DNA from: Candidatus Poseidoniaceae archaeon
GTDB taxonomy: Archaea; Thermoplasmatota; Poseidoniia; Poseidoniales; Poseidoniaceae
Assembly (NCBI GenBank): GCA_943789275.1
Contig: CALSTM010000001.1
Location: 300,001-332,000 of the forward strand
Length of the DNA stretch: 32,000 nt
Reading direction: 5' to 3'
A model generated the notes under the pieces. It was given only the letters and a program-made list of their open reading frames with translations. It had not been told where the DNA came from and made no database searches. Below are positions 1-11,500 of this stretch, piece by piece. The translations under genes and the position numbers were made by a program. How positions within the stretch are numbered: the first letter of the stretch is position 1; every line of letters starts with the position of its first letter.

Positions 1-1
1 T

Positions 2-127
2 TTCGAAATAGTTCCCGCAATCTCGATGGTGGCATTGGCCGCAGCAGTTGCTGGCCGACGATTCATTGAAGACCGTGAAGAAGACGAAGAAAACGTCGTC
101 TGGTACGAATCTGCCCCTGGCCTGTGA
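2..127 (+). CDS. 3' end of a gene entering from the left edge: C-terminal hydrophobic anchor plus acidic tail (partial)
   Basis: Frame 2 is open from the window edge to TGA at 125-127. It reads FEIVPAISMVALAAAVAGRRFIEDREEDEENVVWYESAPGL*, a hydrophobic helix followed by RR and an acidic tail. The 590-aa, 3209-aa and 1504-aa surface proteins here have the same C-terminal layout. It is absent from the ORF track because it has no start in the window. Confidence 0.4.
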   Translation, partial: FEIVPAISMVALAAAVAGRRFIEDREEDEENVVWYESAPGL

Positions 128-227
128 CGGCACGAGAACAAACCTTCGACAATCCCGTCGAAGCATGCACTTGTAGGGGTCGCTTTGATAATCCCCTGCG
201 TTAAACGACCTCATAACAGGGATTGCT

Positions 228-1490
228 ATGAGTGGATTACTTGACAAAGCCAACGCATCGAAAACCGAATCTGAACCAACACAAGTGACAGTTGTTGCTG
301 AAAAGGTGACCATCGTTTCGCAGCAACCTACAGCACCAGCACTCTCCTCTGCAAGTTCAGGTGGGCCAGACACACCTCTCAAACTCACAATAGCAGGATG
401 GATTACGATTTTCATCGGAGGCCTTCTTGCCCTACAAGGTGGCGGAATGGGTATTCTTGTCGTACTTGGTGTTCTGGTTGTAGGAACAGGTCTCCTCGTT
501 CAGTCTGAACGAATGGCTGACCGAGAAATGAATACGGTCAAGCTTGGCATCTCAATTTTCATAGCAATCCTCGTTGCCGCTGGCCCGTATGCTGCTTTTT
601 ACCTCGTGCCTGCCGACACCTCAATGGCACTCACGGAAATTAATTTGAACGAAGAATCGGATGAACTTACTTTTTATGTCCGTGGTTCCTTCGATTCTGC
701 AACCGCATCGATAACGCTTGATGGTGAATCGTTGTGGTCAGACTCTTTGCAGTTAAACAACGATCGTGCGAAATTCAAAGTTCCTCTTACCGCCTTCTTT
801 GCTGGCAACGCTCAAGATTATCGTCTTGCATCAATGAATGAATACATGATTGAAGTCTCTTCGGGTGATGGTCAATCGAAGACTGCTGAAGTTACACCGG
901 CTCTTCTTAACCGCGAAGTGCTGAACTCTGGTGCTCGGATATCGGAGGTTCTTCGAACTCAAACCTCCGGCGGTGGAAGTCAAGCAACGACGACCACCAC
1001 TGTTGAAGGCGTGATTGTCGAATCCATAATGGGACTGTTTGGGCCAAGTGAAAGCGCTCAAGACAACGGAGAACATTCGATGACCAACCTCGCTCTCACA
1101 CCCGTTGCGTCTGATTACACCGTTCAACTTCGAGTTAAGAAAGGCAGTTCGACAGAATACAGTTCTCCGCTGATCGAAGTCAACGGTCTTGATGCAACAT
1201 GGACCAGTACCGTAGACGGCGCAAAAAGTGGAAAAACAAACGGATGGCTTGGCCTTCCAGGGACTGCAATGGACAACTGGGCAGGCGGTAGTGGTGCTAC
1301 AGAATTCCTCGACAAGGATTCATTCTATGACGGGGCAGGTTGCTATACATTTGAAATCGTCATCACCAACGTATTCTACGCAGGCATGAACGATGTCGAC
1401 TCTGATGCAACTGGAATTACTGTCAGCAGTAACTCTTGGGAACTCAACTTTGATGGCAATACCGAACAACGAGCCATGGAAGTTTGTTGA
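228..1490 (+). CDS. Hypothetical membrane protein: about 3 N-terminal TM helices followed by an extracellular domain
   Basis: 420-aa ORF with an ATG start and an AGGGA purine tract about 7-11 nt upstream. Hydrophobic segments are IAGWITIFIGGLLAL, ILVVLGVLVVGTGLLV and ISIFIAILVAAGPYAAFYLV. The rest is Thr/Ser/Asp-rich and I recognise no family. Confidence 0.7.
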   Translation: MSGLLDKANASKTESEPTQVTVVAEKVTIVSQQPTAPALSSASSGGPDTPLKLTIAGWITIFIGGLLALQGGGMGILVVLGVLVVGTGLLVQSERMADREMNTVKLGISIFIAILVAAGPYAAFYLVPADTSMALTEINLNEESDELTFYVRGSFDSATASITLDGESLWSDSLQLNNDRAKFKVPLTAFFAGNAQDYRLASMNEYMIEVSSGDGQSKTAEVTPALLNREVLNSGARISEVLRTQTSGGGSQATTTTTVEGVIVESIMGLFGPSESAQDNGEHSMTNLALTPVASDYTVQLRVKKGSSTEYSSPLIEVNGLDATWTSTVDGAKSGKTNGWLGLPGTAMDNWAGGSGATEFLDKDSFYDGAGCYTFEIVITNVFYAGMNDVDSDATGITVSSNSWELNFDGNTEQRAMEVC

Positions 1491-1564
1491 ACAACTCAAC
1501 TTTGTTGAAGAAAGTGAATCACGAACAACGGATGTTTGTTGAAGCAGTAATGGTGAACGACATC

Positions 1565-3337
1565 TTAGTCCTCTACCTCTTCGTCTTCCTCCGCTTCTGA
1601 ATCGTTCTCAGTGTCTTGGACCTGTTCTGATTCATCAGCAAGAACGATGGATTCTGCAACATCACCATATGTGGTGTCTTTCGATGATGCACGTAGAGAA
1701 AACATTGCACTGGCAGCTAAAATCAGCACTGCAAGTATTCCATAGATGACAAGAGGTTGGTCTTCAGTTTCATCTCCGAAGTACCATCCAACTTCTTGTG
1801 AGTTGCCACCCTCTGTATTTGTTATGTCGTCGGAAATAGACTTCAACACATTCGGAATCAGTGCTCGACAATTCAGTACTTGTGCACCATCGGTGTTGGC
1901 CCACCAGGAGACTGGAAGTTCCTTTTCTTCACCAGGTGCGAGCGTAGTTGTCAATGAGGTCGTATCGGTCAAATTGTCCGCTACATAGCACCAGATGTTC
2001 ACAGTAGCAGTAGAAAGCCCCGTGTTTCGAACGGTGACCATTGCTCCAATTTTCTTGTTGACTTCGGCAGTTGTATCTTCTGCATCAATTGAAACAACTT
2101 CGATGTACGGAAGCGGGATGTTGACTGTTGAATACGGTATTTTGGGGGCTGGTGTAGTGATCGCAAAATCTCCCCAGCCGGAGGAAAGTGTTAGCGTGAG
2201 TTCAGCATCTTCCGAATGGTATTCTCCGTTTTGATCAACCCATTCGACAATTCTTCTCCATTCGCTGCCACCAATGTCAATTTGACCGTTGGCGTCGGTG
2301 ATGTCATCACGGGTTGAGGAACCGTAGCCAATGCCTGTTTGGTGAACAGTGGCGTTCGGGGAATTGGTTTGGATGATCCGTTGCGAGAGCAAACGAATCC
2401 AGGCATCTGTGTTTCCTCCTGTCCCTTGTGAGTTGGTGTAGGTAATTTCAGCAAGGTCGTGGACGATGATGTCTTCATCGGTGCGGCTGCCTTGGATGAG
2501 GCTGGCGTTTACCGATAGACTCGAACCGTTTTCGACGTGGATTGGAGCGCTACCAATGATTTCACTGGATTCAATTTCACAGATTCCGGCGCACAGGATT
2601 TCAGCTCCGTAGATGGCACCATTATCGATTCGCATGTCGCCAAATACGCTCATTGAAAAGGAGGCATCGCTCCATGTGAGGCTTCCGTTCGAGTGGTTCA
2701 TTTGGTGAGCAGCAAGGATGGGCATCTCCCCACTGCCTGTGTGAAGGGCCTGTAGGGACGTAATCTGGATTGGGAATGCGTGATAGATGTGGAAGTCAAC
2801 AACAATATCTGTTCCATCAAGAGGAGCTTCTATCGATACAGTGTCTTGTCCTGCAGCGTCCACCGTTTGGTCTCCAACTGTGATGTTCATCATGGCGGAA
2901 GTGGATATTGTTTGGTCGAACGTGAACAGAAGGGTACCGGTTTCGGCCAGATCACCAAAGTTGAGGTGCAATTGACTCGAGTTCGTCAGAGTGAGAGCCG
3001 AGTTGATATCCTCTCCGATCAAGGAGCCGGTGAGGAAGAGTACTCCACCCTCTTCGACGGTAATGATGTTGTCCACTCCAACCGTCATGACAGCATCGAT
3101 GGTGAGTGTCGAACCGCTTTTGACCAGTACATCACCGTTCATTGGTTCAGAAACATTCCAGGTTTCATCAGCGTCAATAACCACGGCTACACCGTCAACG
3201 GGGGGTGCAGCATTGACGTTCATCATGCCTCCAAGGGAGGTAAAAATAAGCAGTATCATCAGTGACAAGGCTGTTCGCATGGACACAGTCATACTGTGGA
3301 GTGTTATAGCCTTCTCTCCCGAATCAATACGGGACAT
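1565..3337 (-). CDS. Secreted, C-terminally anchored surface protein with a CARDB-like module and an acidic tail
   Basis: 590-aa ORF. A signal-peptide-like MRTALSLMILLIFTSLGGMMNVNA-APP sits after a 19-aa N-extension, so ATG at 3292 or 3280 are alternative starts. A CARDB-like stretch reads GAMVTVRNTGLSTATVNIWCYV...LAPGEEKELPVSWWA. The C-terminal TM is LVIYGILAVLILAASAMFSL, followed by the tail ...DSEAEEDEEVED. The start overlaps the carS stop by 14 nt. Confidence 0.75.
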   Translation of the reverse strand: MSRIDSGEKAITLHSMTVSMRTALSLMILLIFTSLGGMMNVNAAPPVDGVAVVIDADETWNVSEPMNGDVLVKSGSTLTIDAVMTVGVDNIITVEEGGVLFLTGSLIGEDINSALTLTNSSQLHLNFGDLAETGTLLFTFDQTISTSAMMNITVGDQTVDAAGQDTVSIEAPLDGTDIVVDFHIYHAFPIQITSLQALHTGSGEMPILAAHQMNHSNGSLTWSDASFSMSVFGDMRIDNGAIYGAEILCAGICEIESSEIIGSAPIHVENGSSLSVNASLIQGSRTDEDIIVHDLAEITYTNSQGTGGNTDAWIRLLSQRIIQTNSPNATVHQTGIGYGSSTRDDITDANGQIDIGGSEWRRIVEWVDQNGEYHSEDAELTLTLSSGWGDFAITTPAPKIPYSTVNIPLPYIEVVSIDAEDTTAEVNKKIGAMVTVRNTGLSTATVNIWCYVADNLTDTTSLTTTLAPGEEKELPVSWWANTDGAQVLNCRALIPNVLKSISDDITNTEGGNSQEVGWYFGDETEDQPLVIYGILAVLILAASAMFSLRASSKDTTYGDVAESIVLADESEQVQDTENDSEAEEDEEVED

Positions 3338-3998
3338 CTTTCCAACCTAACTTGTATCCAAGTAGGTTGAAGGAGCGATGAAGTACAGGTGTAATTGCTA
3401 CCAATGCAACCATTGGCAGGAGAAGTTCTGAATCCGCAAGAATGGACGTGCCGAGGAAGAATTGTCCAGCTAAGAACACCATTATGGCAAACGGAAGGGT
3501 GTCCAAAAGCGGTGCTTTTGAGGAGATATCGCCTTCTCTTTTGAGTCCACGTCGGCGTTTGACAAAAGACCCGCTGCTGTCACCTACCAAGCAGAAAAAT
3601 CCGAGAAAGGTTCCGAGTATAAATGCGGTCATGAGATGACCACCGACATCGAACCAAGTACCTTCAGCACCTTGTAACGGGTGCGTAAATATTCCATTTT
3701 CGCCTATAGCTGTACTCGCTGCAGGAATGTCTCCCATCAGTGCAACAATGAGTACGCTGAGCAAACCAGAAGTCAACGAACCTCCAATCAGTCCATTCCA
3801 TGTTTTGCCGTCTCCAAGAATGCGATTTCCGTCTTTGAGCGTTCGCCCTCCATCAATCGGCCAGGGGCCATAACCGGTCTTGGGCAGCCACTTCCCCCAA
3901 AGCATTGCAAAGGTGTTTGCCAGGAATCCTGGCATGTACAGCCAGAGGGTTAGGATACAGAGTTGTAAAAATTGCATGAAGTTCACCAAGGCTTGCAC
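3324..3998 (-). CDS. carS: CDP-archaeol synthase (CDP-2,3-bis-O-geranylgeranyl-sn-glycerol synthase, CarS/DUF46 family)
   Basis: The motifs PIDGGRTLKDGNRILGDGKTWNGLIGG, GDSSGSFVKRRRG and the C-terminal ITPVLHRSFNLLGYKLGWKDVPY align with my recollection of Archaeoglobus CarS (ILGDGKTWRG, GDLCGSFIKRR, ...LNLKEVPW). The 3998 start is GTG. ATG at 3977, preceded by GGTGA with a 5-nt spacer, is an equally good start. Confidence 0.85.
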   Translation of the reverse strand: MQALVNFMQFLQLCILTLWLYMPGFLANTFAMLWGKWLPKTGYGPWPIDGGRTLKDGNRILGDGKTWNGLIGGSLTSGLLSVLIVALMGDIPAASTAIGENGIFTHPLQGAEGTWFDVGGHLMTAFILGTFLGFFCLVGDSSGSFVKRRRGLKREGDISSKAPLLDTLPFAIMVFLAGQFFLGTSILADSELLLPMVALVAITPVLHRSFNLLGYKLGWKDVPY

Positions 3999-4119
3999 CT
4001 TTACCTAAGCCGCTTAGAGGGCGGTCTTTGAAGCATCCCCTTCGTATGCGCCATTTTCTGTTAAATTCCCAACCATCTGCCACGATGAGATTATGTGATG
4101 GCATGGGTGGAGCACTAAC

Positions 4120-5394
4120 ATGGCTGATAAGGTCGTCCTTGTTGTTGGCGGTGGTGGGAGGGAACATGCTCTCTGTATGGGCCTTTCTGAATCGCAGCAC
4201 GTGACACAGATTCATTGTTCTCCAGGTAATGCGGGAACGGTCTCTCTGGCCATGAACCATTCCGTTCCTGCATCGGACATTGAAGGGTTGTTAAACCTTG
4301 CAAAAAAGGTGTCCGCAGACCTTGTTGTTGCTGGACCTGAAGCCCCATTGTGTGCTGGACTGGCTGACCGGCTTTCAGAGCAAGGCATACCCTGTTTTGG
4401 TCCTGTGGCGGCACTCGCTCACCTTGAAGGATCGAAACTTCATGCGAAGGAAGTCATGCGTGCAGCGGATGTTCCCACCGCAGCTTTTCACGTTCTTGAA
4501 AAAGGCAGTGACCTCGATGCGGCACTTGACGACTTCGCAGGACAGCCCTGGGTGGTCAAGCGAGATGTTCTTGCCGGTGGGAAGGGTGTTGTCGTCACCG
4601 CAGATCGAGTCGAAGCATTGGCATTTATTCGTTCATCTATCGAGTCCGATGGTCGAGTTTTGCTTGAACAATTTCTTCCGGGCGAAGAAGCCAGTATGCT
4701 GGTCGTCATGGACGGTTCTGGATTTGTCTGCCTTCCTGCAAGTCAAGACCACAAACGGGCATTTGACGGTGACAACGGTCCAAATACAGGTGGTATGGGT
4801 GCCTATTGTCCAGCACCCGTTGTGACCGAAGAGATTCGTGATTTGACAGTACAAACCATCATCGAACCTATGCATGCTTACTTGCGTGGCTTAGAACAAC
4901 CTTACCGGGGCGTCCTCTATGTTGGCCTCATGATTCCCAAATCAGGTCTTCCAAGCGTTGTTGAGTTCAATGTTCGATTTGGTGACCCCGAATGTCAAAT
5001 TACACTGCCATTAATCGAGTCTGATTTGTTTGAATTACTCCACGCTGCCGCAACCGATGGTCTTTCACAGATGAAGGTCCGTTTCAGTCACCTCCACGCT
5101 GCTACGGTGGTGCTGGCTGCAGAGGGATATCCGCAATCGCCTGTCAAAGGTCGACTCATTCGAGGCATGCCATCCGAGCGTCTTTCCTTCTCTGCTGGCG
5201 AAGCGTGGGTAAACCATGCAGGAACGGGTCAGAATGCAGATGGTGAGTTGATTTCGACGGGCGGACGTGTACTTTCATGCAGTGCCATTGGACCTACCCT
5301 TGAGGACGCAGTGGAGATGGCTTATGCTTTACTCAATACCATTGATTTGGAAGGTTCACATTTTCGAAAAGACATCGGATTCCGGGCTTTGTAA
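4120..5394 (+). CDS. purD: Phosphoribosylamine--glycine ligase (GAR synthetase)
   Basis: 424 aa, colinear with bacterial PurD. Matching segments are VLVVGGGGREHAL, GPEAPL, LEGSKLHAKE, SQDHKRAFDGDNGPNTGGMGAY, EFNVRFGDPE, TGGRVL and FRKDIGFRAL. A GGTGGAG Shine-Dalgarno-like tract lies 9-15 nt upstream of the ATG. Confidence 0.95.
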   Translation: MADKVVLVVGGGGREHALCMGLSESQHVTQIHCSPGNAGTVSLAMNHSVPASDIEGLLNLAKKVSADLVVAGPEAPLCAGLADRLSEQGIPCFGPVAALAHLEGSKLHAKEVMRAADVPTAAFHVLEKGSDLDAALDDFAGQPWVVKRDVLAGGKGVVVTADRVEALAFIRSSIESDGRVLLEQFLPGEEASMLVVMDGSGFVCLPASQDHKRAFDGDNGPNTGGMGAYCPAPVVTEEIRDLTVQTIIEPMHAYLRGLEQPYRGVLYVGLMIPKSGLPSVVEFNVRFGDPECQITLPLIESDLFELLHAAATDGLSQMKVRFSHLHAATVVLAAEGYPQSPVKGRLIRGMPSERLSFSAGEAWVNHAGTGQNADGELISTGGRVLSCSAIGPTLEDAVEMAYALLNTIDLEGSHFRKDIGFRAL

Positions 5395-5568
5395 GTCTGT
5401 TTGGAGCCCCTGTTAATCCGAGTTTTCAACATCTGTAAACCACCCTCAATGTAGTGCAGCAAGGCATTCATCTGTTGTCCGTTCAGCGGAGTCATTAAAA
5501 GAGGCTCTAAAGTGGCGAAGACGCTTCAGCCTTGCTGCTGTCGCGCAAACACCTTTGAGGGAAAAAAT

Positions 5569-8500
5569 ATGGAACAAATAACTGGCACAAAAACCACTGC
5601 GCCAGCAGCACCGTTGGGATGGCTTATCGCTCCCCTGGCAGTTCTGCTCGCACTCGCAGCGATCAAGCTCGTCGACATTGACTTCGAGCTTACCACAGAC
5701 AACCTGGCACCGATGTTGATCGTCGGCGTCGCTGGCATCTTGGGACTCGTCCCGTCGATGCTGAACCAATCTGAATCCGCTTCTGTTTCCAAGGCCACTC
5801 TTTCCCTCTCCACTTTGGCCGTGGCGCTTATCGGTGCTGAAGCCATTTACCTGAGCGACTACGGAGCATTTTCTGGTCTCTTGTTTGCCTTTGTCACCTT
5901 CGGCGTTCATTTCATGAGCAGCCGTGGGCGACACGAAATTGGAACCATCATTGTGTTTATCGCAATGGGTATCAACGTCGGAATGGTCGTTGCATCCGAT
6001 GCACTCAGTGCTGACTCTGCTCGACTGCTCCCCGATATTTTCAATTTGGCACCAGAGGGTGAACAACCAAGTTTAGTCTCCACACTCAACTTGAGAAACC
6101 AGGCCATCGGTTACCTCTTCTTTTCATCACTGACCATTTTCGCAATCGTCGGTACGCTTGTAGCAACATTGACACGTGGTATCCTTACACCGGTCGGAGA
6201 ATCCGGTTGGTTCAGTTTCTTGAACGACGACAGCAGTTCTGCTTTCAACAAGAACAACCTTCCACTTCAAATCGCATTGGTCGTTTGGGCTTTGGCTCAT
6301 ATTGGCAGCCTTTGGAACTTTGAGACCGCTGGCATGGCCGACAAACTCGCCATCACCACTGCTGCTGACTACCATGGAGTCGTAGGCTACTGGCAAGCTT
6401 TCTTTACTGGAATGGTTGCTTTAATCGTTGCTGGAATGTTCTCGGAACGCTGGCATACCCGTGCCATGACGCTCGGCTCACTGTGGACGCTTTATGTCGT
6501 ATCGACATGGTTTGATGCAGGAATGGTTAGCTTGGATCTACTCGAAGGTAACTGGGGCAGTTTGATTTGGCTCGGCTTGACGTTCTTTATCGGCGTTGCC
6601 ATTTATTCGATTTCAACCCACGAGACGTGGGGTGGATGGGTGAACCGTGACGACCACGAATACTCCGGCGCTCGACAATTTTGGAATCAGCACTGGTCCA
6701 GTGTGATGATTGGTCTCGCTTTCTTCTTCGGTCTGGTCATCCGTACTCAATGGTATGTTGTACCATCCATGAACGCTTTCGGAACTGGAAACTGGGACAT
6801 GACCGGTGGTTCAGACCCGTGGTACATGAAGCGGGTTGTTGATTACATCCTTGCCAACAATGCTCACTTGATATTCGACGCAGACCGATTCTACCCGGTA
6901 GGCGGCATTAACCCTCGACCTCCGATCTTCACATGGTCAATTGCAGTTGTTGCAACACTTCTTGAACCGTTCTTTAACAACGGTGACGCAGTTTGGTGGG
7001 CCATTCTTTCCCTCCCTGCTGTTTACGGAACTTTGACGATTCTTCCTGTTGCTTACATTGCCCGTGAACACATCAACGAAAAGGCTGCAGTTGTGGCTGC
7101 GTGGTTGATTGCGTTCATGCCGGCCCACGTGAGTCACACGACTTGGGCACTGGCTGACCACGATGCTTTCATCATGCTTTTCATCACACTTGGATTCATG
7201 TTCTGGCTCCGTGCAGTGAAGTACGCTGGCAGTGAAAGATTGATGCGTACATCCTCTCCATCACTCCTGTCGTTTATTGCTGCATTCAAGGCCGTAGCAC
7301 AAGAACGTCGAGCCGCCTTCTCAGCAGCAGTCCTTGCTGGTGTGAGTTTCGGTATCGTTTCGCTTGGCTGGAAAGGTTTCGTTGTTGGTCCATCGATTCT
7401 TTTCTTGGCATACGCTGCCCAAGTTGCCCTCAACATGTTCCGCCGCCGTGATTCAACAACACTCAATGTCTTGTTCCTCACCATGCTCGCAGTGAACTTT
7501 TTGATGGCTCTACCGTTTTATGGACATCCACAAATCGACCTCATTTTGAACGGAACTGGTCTTCAACCGTTCTTGTTCATTGCTGTCTTCGCTATCGCCA
7601 TTAGTTTCGTAACCACTGGGTTCCGTGACAAGCCTTGGTTGCTCGTCCTCGGTGTTCTGGCCGGTGCCGGAACCGTATTCTTCATTGTGCTTTGGCTCCT
7701 CAAGGAAGCAAACATTTCCAATGCTTGGGATGTACTTTTCACTGGAAGTGGCTATTTCACCAAGACCAAGATTTTCGGCACGGTTGCTGAAGCAAATGCT
7801 CCAAACCGTGGACAATTGTTCGCACAATTTGGCCCGATTACATTTGTCCTATCATTGATTATGGGAGTTCTATGCCTTTGGTCTGCTCTGCGCGAACGAA
7901 AGCAAACTAAACTCGTGTTCGGTGTTTGGATTATTGCGGCTTCGTTTATGGCTTGGACAGCAGCCCGATTCATGTTCAATGCAACACCTGCCATCGCAGT
8001 TCTCGGTGCTTGGGGAATAGTCTCGCTTTGGAAGTGGGCAAACTGGGAAGGTATGGTCAAAGCTTGGAAGAAGATGGGTATTCGTTCTCCAGAAGACCGT
8101 ATTCGTGGTGCACGAAAGGCACTTTGGCGCACACCTTCGTTCTCTGCCATCATGCTCGTTATGATCATGTTGTTCGGACAACAATTCACCTACGGTTTGG
8201 ATGCTGCTATTCCATCCAGCAACAATGCAGAGGATGACCTCGATGAAACCATTTACAACCTCATTCCAGATGCATTCCGCTGGGAAATCGGTGGGTTTTC
8301 ACTGCTTGACGACAGCAACTACGACGGAAACTGGTACCTCGGTTCCTTTGGTTCCGGTTTCAACGACAACGGTTGGAACTCTGCCTATGAGTGGCTCGCT
8401 GAACAGGACCAAGAGATGGCATATTCGGAACGACCTGCTTTCGTTTCTTGGTGGGACTATGGTTTCCAAGCGCTTGACACCGGTGAACACCCGTCTGTAT

Positions 8501-11500
8501 CTGATAACTTCCAGTCCGGAATCCCCGCTACCGGTAACATGTTGCTGGCTCGCAGTCAAGAAGACCTCGTATCCATGTTCATATTCCAACTCGGTCAAGG
8601 TGACTTGTCTTACAACGAGGCGAACGCTGGTGACCGCGAATTTACTAACGGCTATCAGAACATCGTCGACTCATACCTCACCGCAGAACAGATGGACCTC
8701 TTCGAGAAGATTACTCTTAGTGTTGACATCGATGAAATGGTTTCGTTTACGAAATTGAACAGTTACGAAGTGTACCGAACCAACGATGACACAGTCTTGG
8801 CCAGAGGATACCATCAGACCGATGGTGTGTTCGATGATTCGGCGCAATACTGGAGAGTCTACGACGAAGGTGAACGTCTACTTTGTACCGATTCGCTTTC
8901 CACAACTTGTGTTGACGGTGATTGGTCCTCAGAAGCAGAAGCTGAAAACACCTTTTCCAACAACATTCGAACGGGTAACGATAACATTGATGGCGTGACT
9001 CACTACATTATTGGAGACTACTGGTACACCGCCGATCTTGTCGAAGAATATGGCTCTGTTTCCACACAAATACACCGCCGTAATGCACAATTGGCACTTA
9101 CCGTCCAACTTCTTTCCAACAGCCTCGACTCCGATGACATCACCGACATGTACGATGACCTCATCAACATGGAAGGCTACTACAAAGTCCAAGACTACGA
9201 AGGTGCGCCCGGGGAAACGATTGAACGTGACCACGAAATCCGATACTACGCTATTGATAACCGACTGTACCCCCGTGCAGGACGTTACACTGCTGACATG
9301 AACTACAATCAAGGTCAGCCGATGGGTATCTTTGGAGCGCCAACAATTCTCAGCGGTCAAGACGTTTCAACCTACATGGATGAAGTCTACGAAACCATCC
9401 GTGGTGACTTCCCTGACGAAATGACCCGTGCAGAAGTAGACGAAGCCATTACTCAGGACTTCCTGAACCAACAATCTGGTGCGGATATTGACCCATTGCA
9501 AGTTGAAGATGTTCGAGTTGATCATAACTCGGCTTTCTTTGACACCATGCTGGCCCGTGCGTATGTTGGATACGGTGCCTCAACCCTCGGAGTTGATGCA
9601 GGTTCTTCCAATCCTCAACCAGCCCAGCATTTCGGCCAATCCGGTAGCCCGGGCAGTATTTTGAGTCAAGGCTTACCGTTGCCTGGTGCAATGACGAACC
9701 ACTTTGTTATCGCGAATTGGTACTCTCCTGAGGCAAACTCTTCGGTTACCGCTGAAGAGCAACAAGTAGGTATTTCCTCGACCAACACATTGGTTAAGAT
9801 TCTCAAGTACTACTCAGGTGCTGAAATCTCCGGTCAAGTCACGATGACTGATAACGGTCAGGCTTTGCCAGGTGTTCGCCTGCTCATTGAGCGAGACGCA
9901 TTCTCCGGCGAAGGGACAGAAGATTTGGATCCTGATACCTATTGGGTCCCAATTGGTTACACAGATGCTGATGAAAACGGTCATTGGTCATTCGATGCAC
10001 CTGCCGGTCGCATCCGTGTCAGCGCTTATGCTGGTGATTACAACCCTACCACCGCTCAGGACAACATTCGTTCAGGCGCATTCTCTCAAGGTCTTGGCGA
10101 CATCTTAACCGAAACCAACGAAGACCGACAAATCAACGATATCTCCGCGATTCTCGGTGAAGTGGCTAACATGAGCTGGCTTGGTGAAAACCAACAAAAC
10201 ATCACTGCTGAACAAGCAGACAGCAATGCCCCAGTAAGCGCCGACTTTGACATATCTGTCGAAAGCAGCGGTATCTCTGGTCAAGTGACATGGAGCGGAC
10301 ATGAATCCTTTGATGGCGACGCATTGGTCAGTACAGACTTCGTGCTGCGCAATATTTGGTCGTTGACTGAGAACTACACATTGACAACCACCAACGGTTC
10401 GTTCACCTCGACTGACAGTAGAATTCTACAAGGGTCTGGTGAAGTCACATTTACAGAAAACGGTACCTTTGAAAGCGAAGGTGTTGCGTTTGCAGATGGA
10501 TTTACTGGAACCTTTACCCGTTCGATTGGCGATAAGCGTGTTTACACGAGCAACGGTACATGGGATGGCAAGGGTACACTCGTCGCCTCATGGGTTGCTG
10601 AAGACAATGTCATGGATTGTTTAGACAATGAAACTGCGCCTATGCCAGAAAACTCAACGATTTGTGTACTTGATGCTACAACATCACCTCTCACCTACCT
10701 GTTGGATGGCGGCGTCGAAGCGAACGGTCGTTTGACTTCCGATGGTGTCTCAACACTCGTAACAGAACACGTTGGAGACTCGTTTGAGGCAACAGGTTCT
10801 TTCGAGGGTATTGGAACACTTAACGGCACTGGATTGTTTATCGGAATTGGAGACTTCTCTGGTGAAATGGTTCAGCCAGGTTCTTTCTACCTCACTGGTT
10901 TGATTCCAGGTGTATACAACATGATTGCACAACTGGATAACGGCAAGGAAGTTCTACTCCCTGACCCAGTCAATGTTGGTATCTCGCCTTCGTACGACCT
11001 TGCAATGAGTATGCCCGGTTCAATCTTTGAGGATACCTTGCAGGATTTCTATGAAGAAGCGTTTGCCAATGAGGTTATTGAACTGGTTGATGTGGACATC
11101 GGAATGGATTCATTGGTCGAAATTCACACGGATGAAGACGGAAATTTCTCATACGGACCTCTAGCAACAGGGGAATACTTCTACCGAGTGGACGTCGATA
11201 ACGACGGCTGGTACGAGTTGAATGAAACCATCTTTGCACGTGGAGAATCTGAAAATTTCTCACTTGCCATGGATGTACCGGAAATGTACGATGTTTCATT
11301 GCAGTTAACTTCTCCAGTTGACCCGCAAACTCAGACTCCTTATGCCGATGTGGCAGAACGCACAGTCACGTTTACCAACGACGACCCTCAACTCGCACCG
11401 CTTAACGCTACATCAGATGAGACTGGAATGGTTTACATTGAATTGCCGATGGGTGCTTACACGATTTCTGATGAATCCGGTGATGACTATATCCTGTTTG

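Noticed and set aside
3999-4119. Specific TATA/BRE assignment in the carS-purD divergent region and upstream of aglB (5395-5568).
   Set aside because: Several weak A/T-rich candidates exist (TTAAAT about 4058, ATTATG about 4089, ATTAAAAG about 5493). None has convincing spacing or context, so I cannot support a call without TSS data.
5512-5568. N-terminal extensions offered by the ORF track: 5512 for aglB, 16490 for the beta-helix gene, 20968 for the STAND gene and 28282 for the MBL gene.
   Set aside because: These starts are GTG, GTG, TTG and TTG respectively. The extensions add non-hydrophobic junk before a clear N-terminus, overlap a promoter-like repeat or overlap the preceding gene. Downstream ATGs have better Shine-Dalgarno-like tracts or better family-typical N-termini. 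The choices remain uncertain.
5446-6066. 206-aa minus-strand ORF overlapping the 5' end of the giant aglB gene. The same applies to other antisense or off-frame ORFs inside long genes, for example 7752-8189 (-), 8201-8758 (+), 14571-15008 (-), 2780-3265 (+) and 4298-4825 (+).
   Set aside because: Each lies entirely within a longer ORF that has recognisable domains. Their translations are Cys/His/Arg/Ser-rich low-complexity strings with no motifs, as expected for shadow ORFs.
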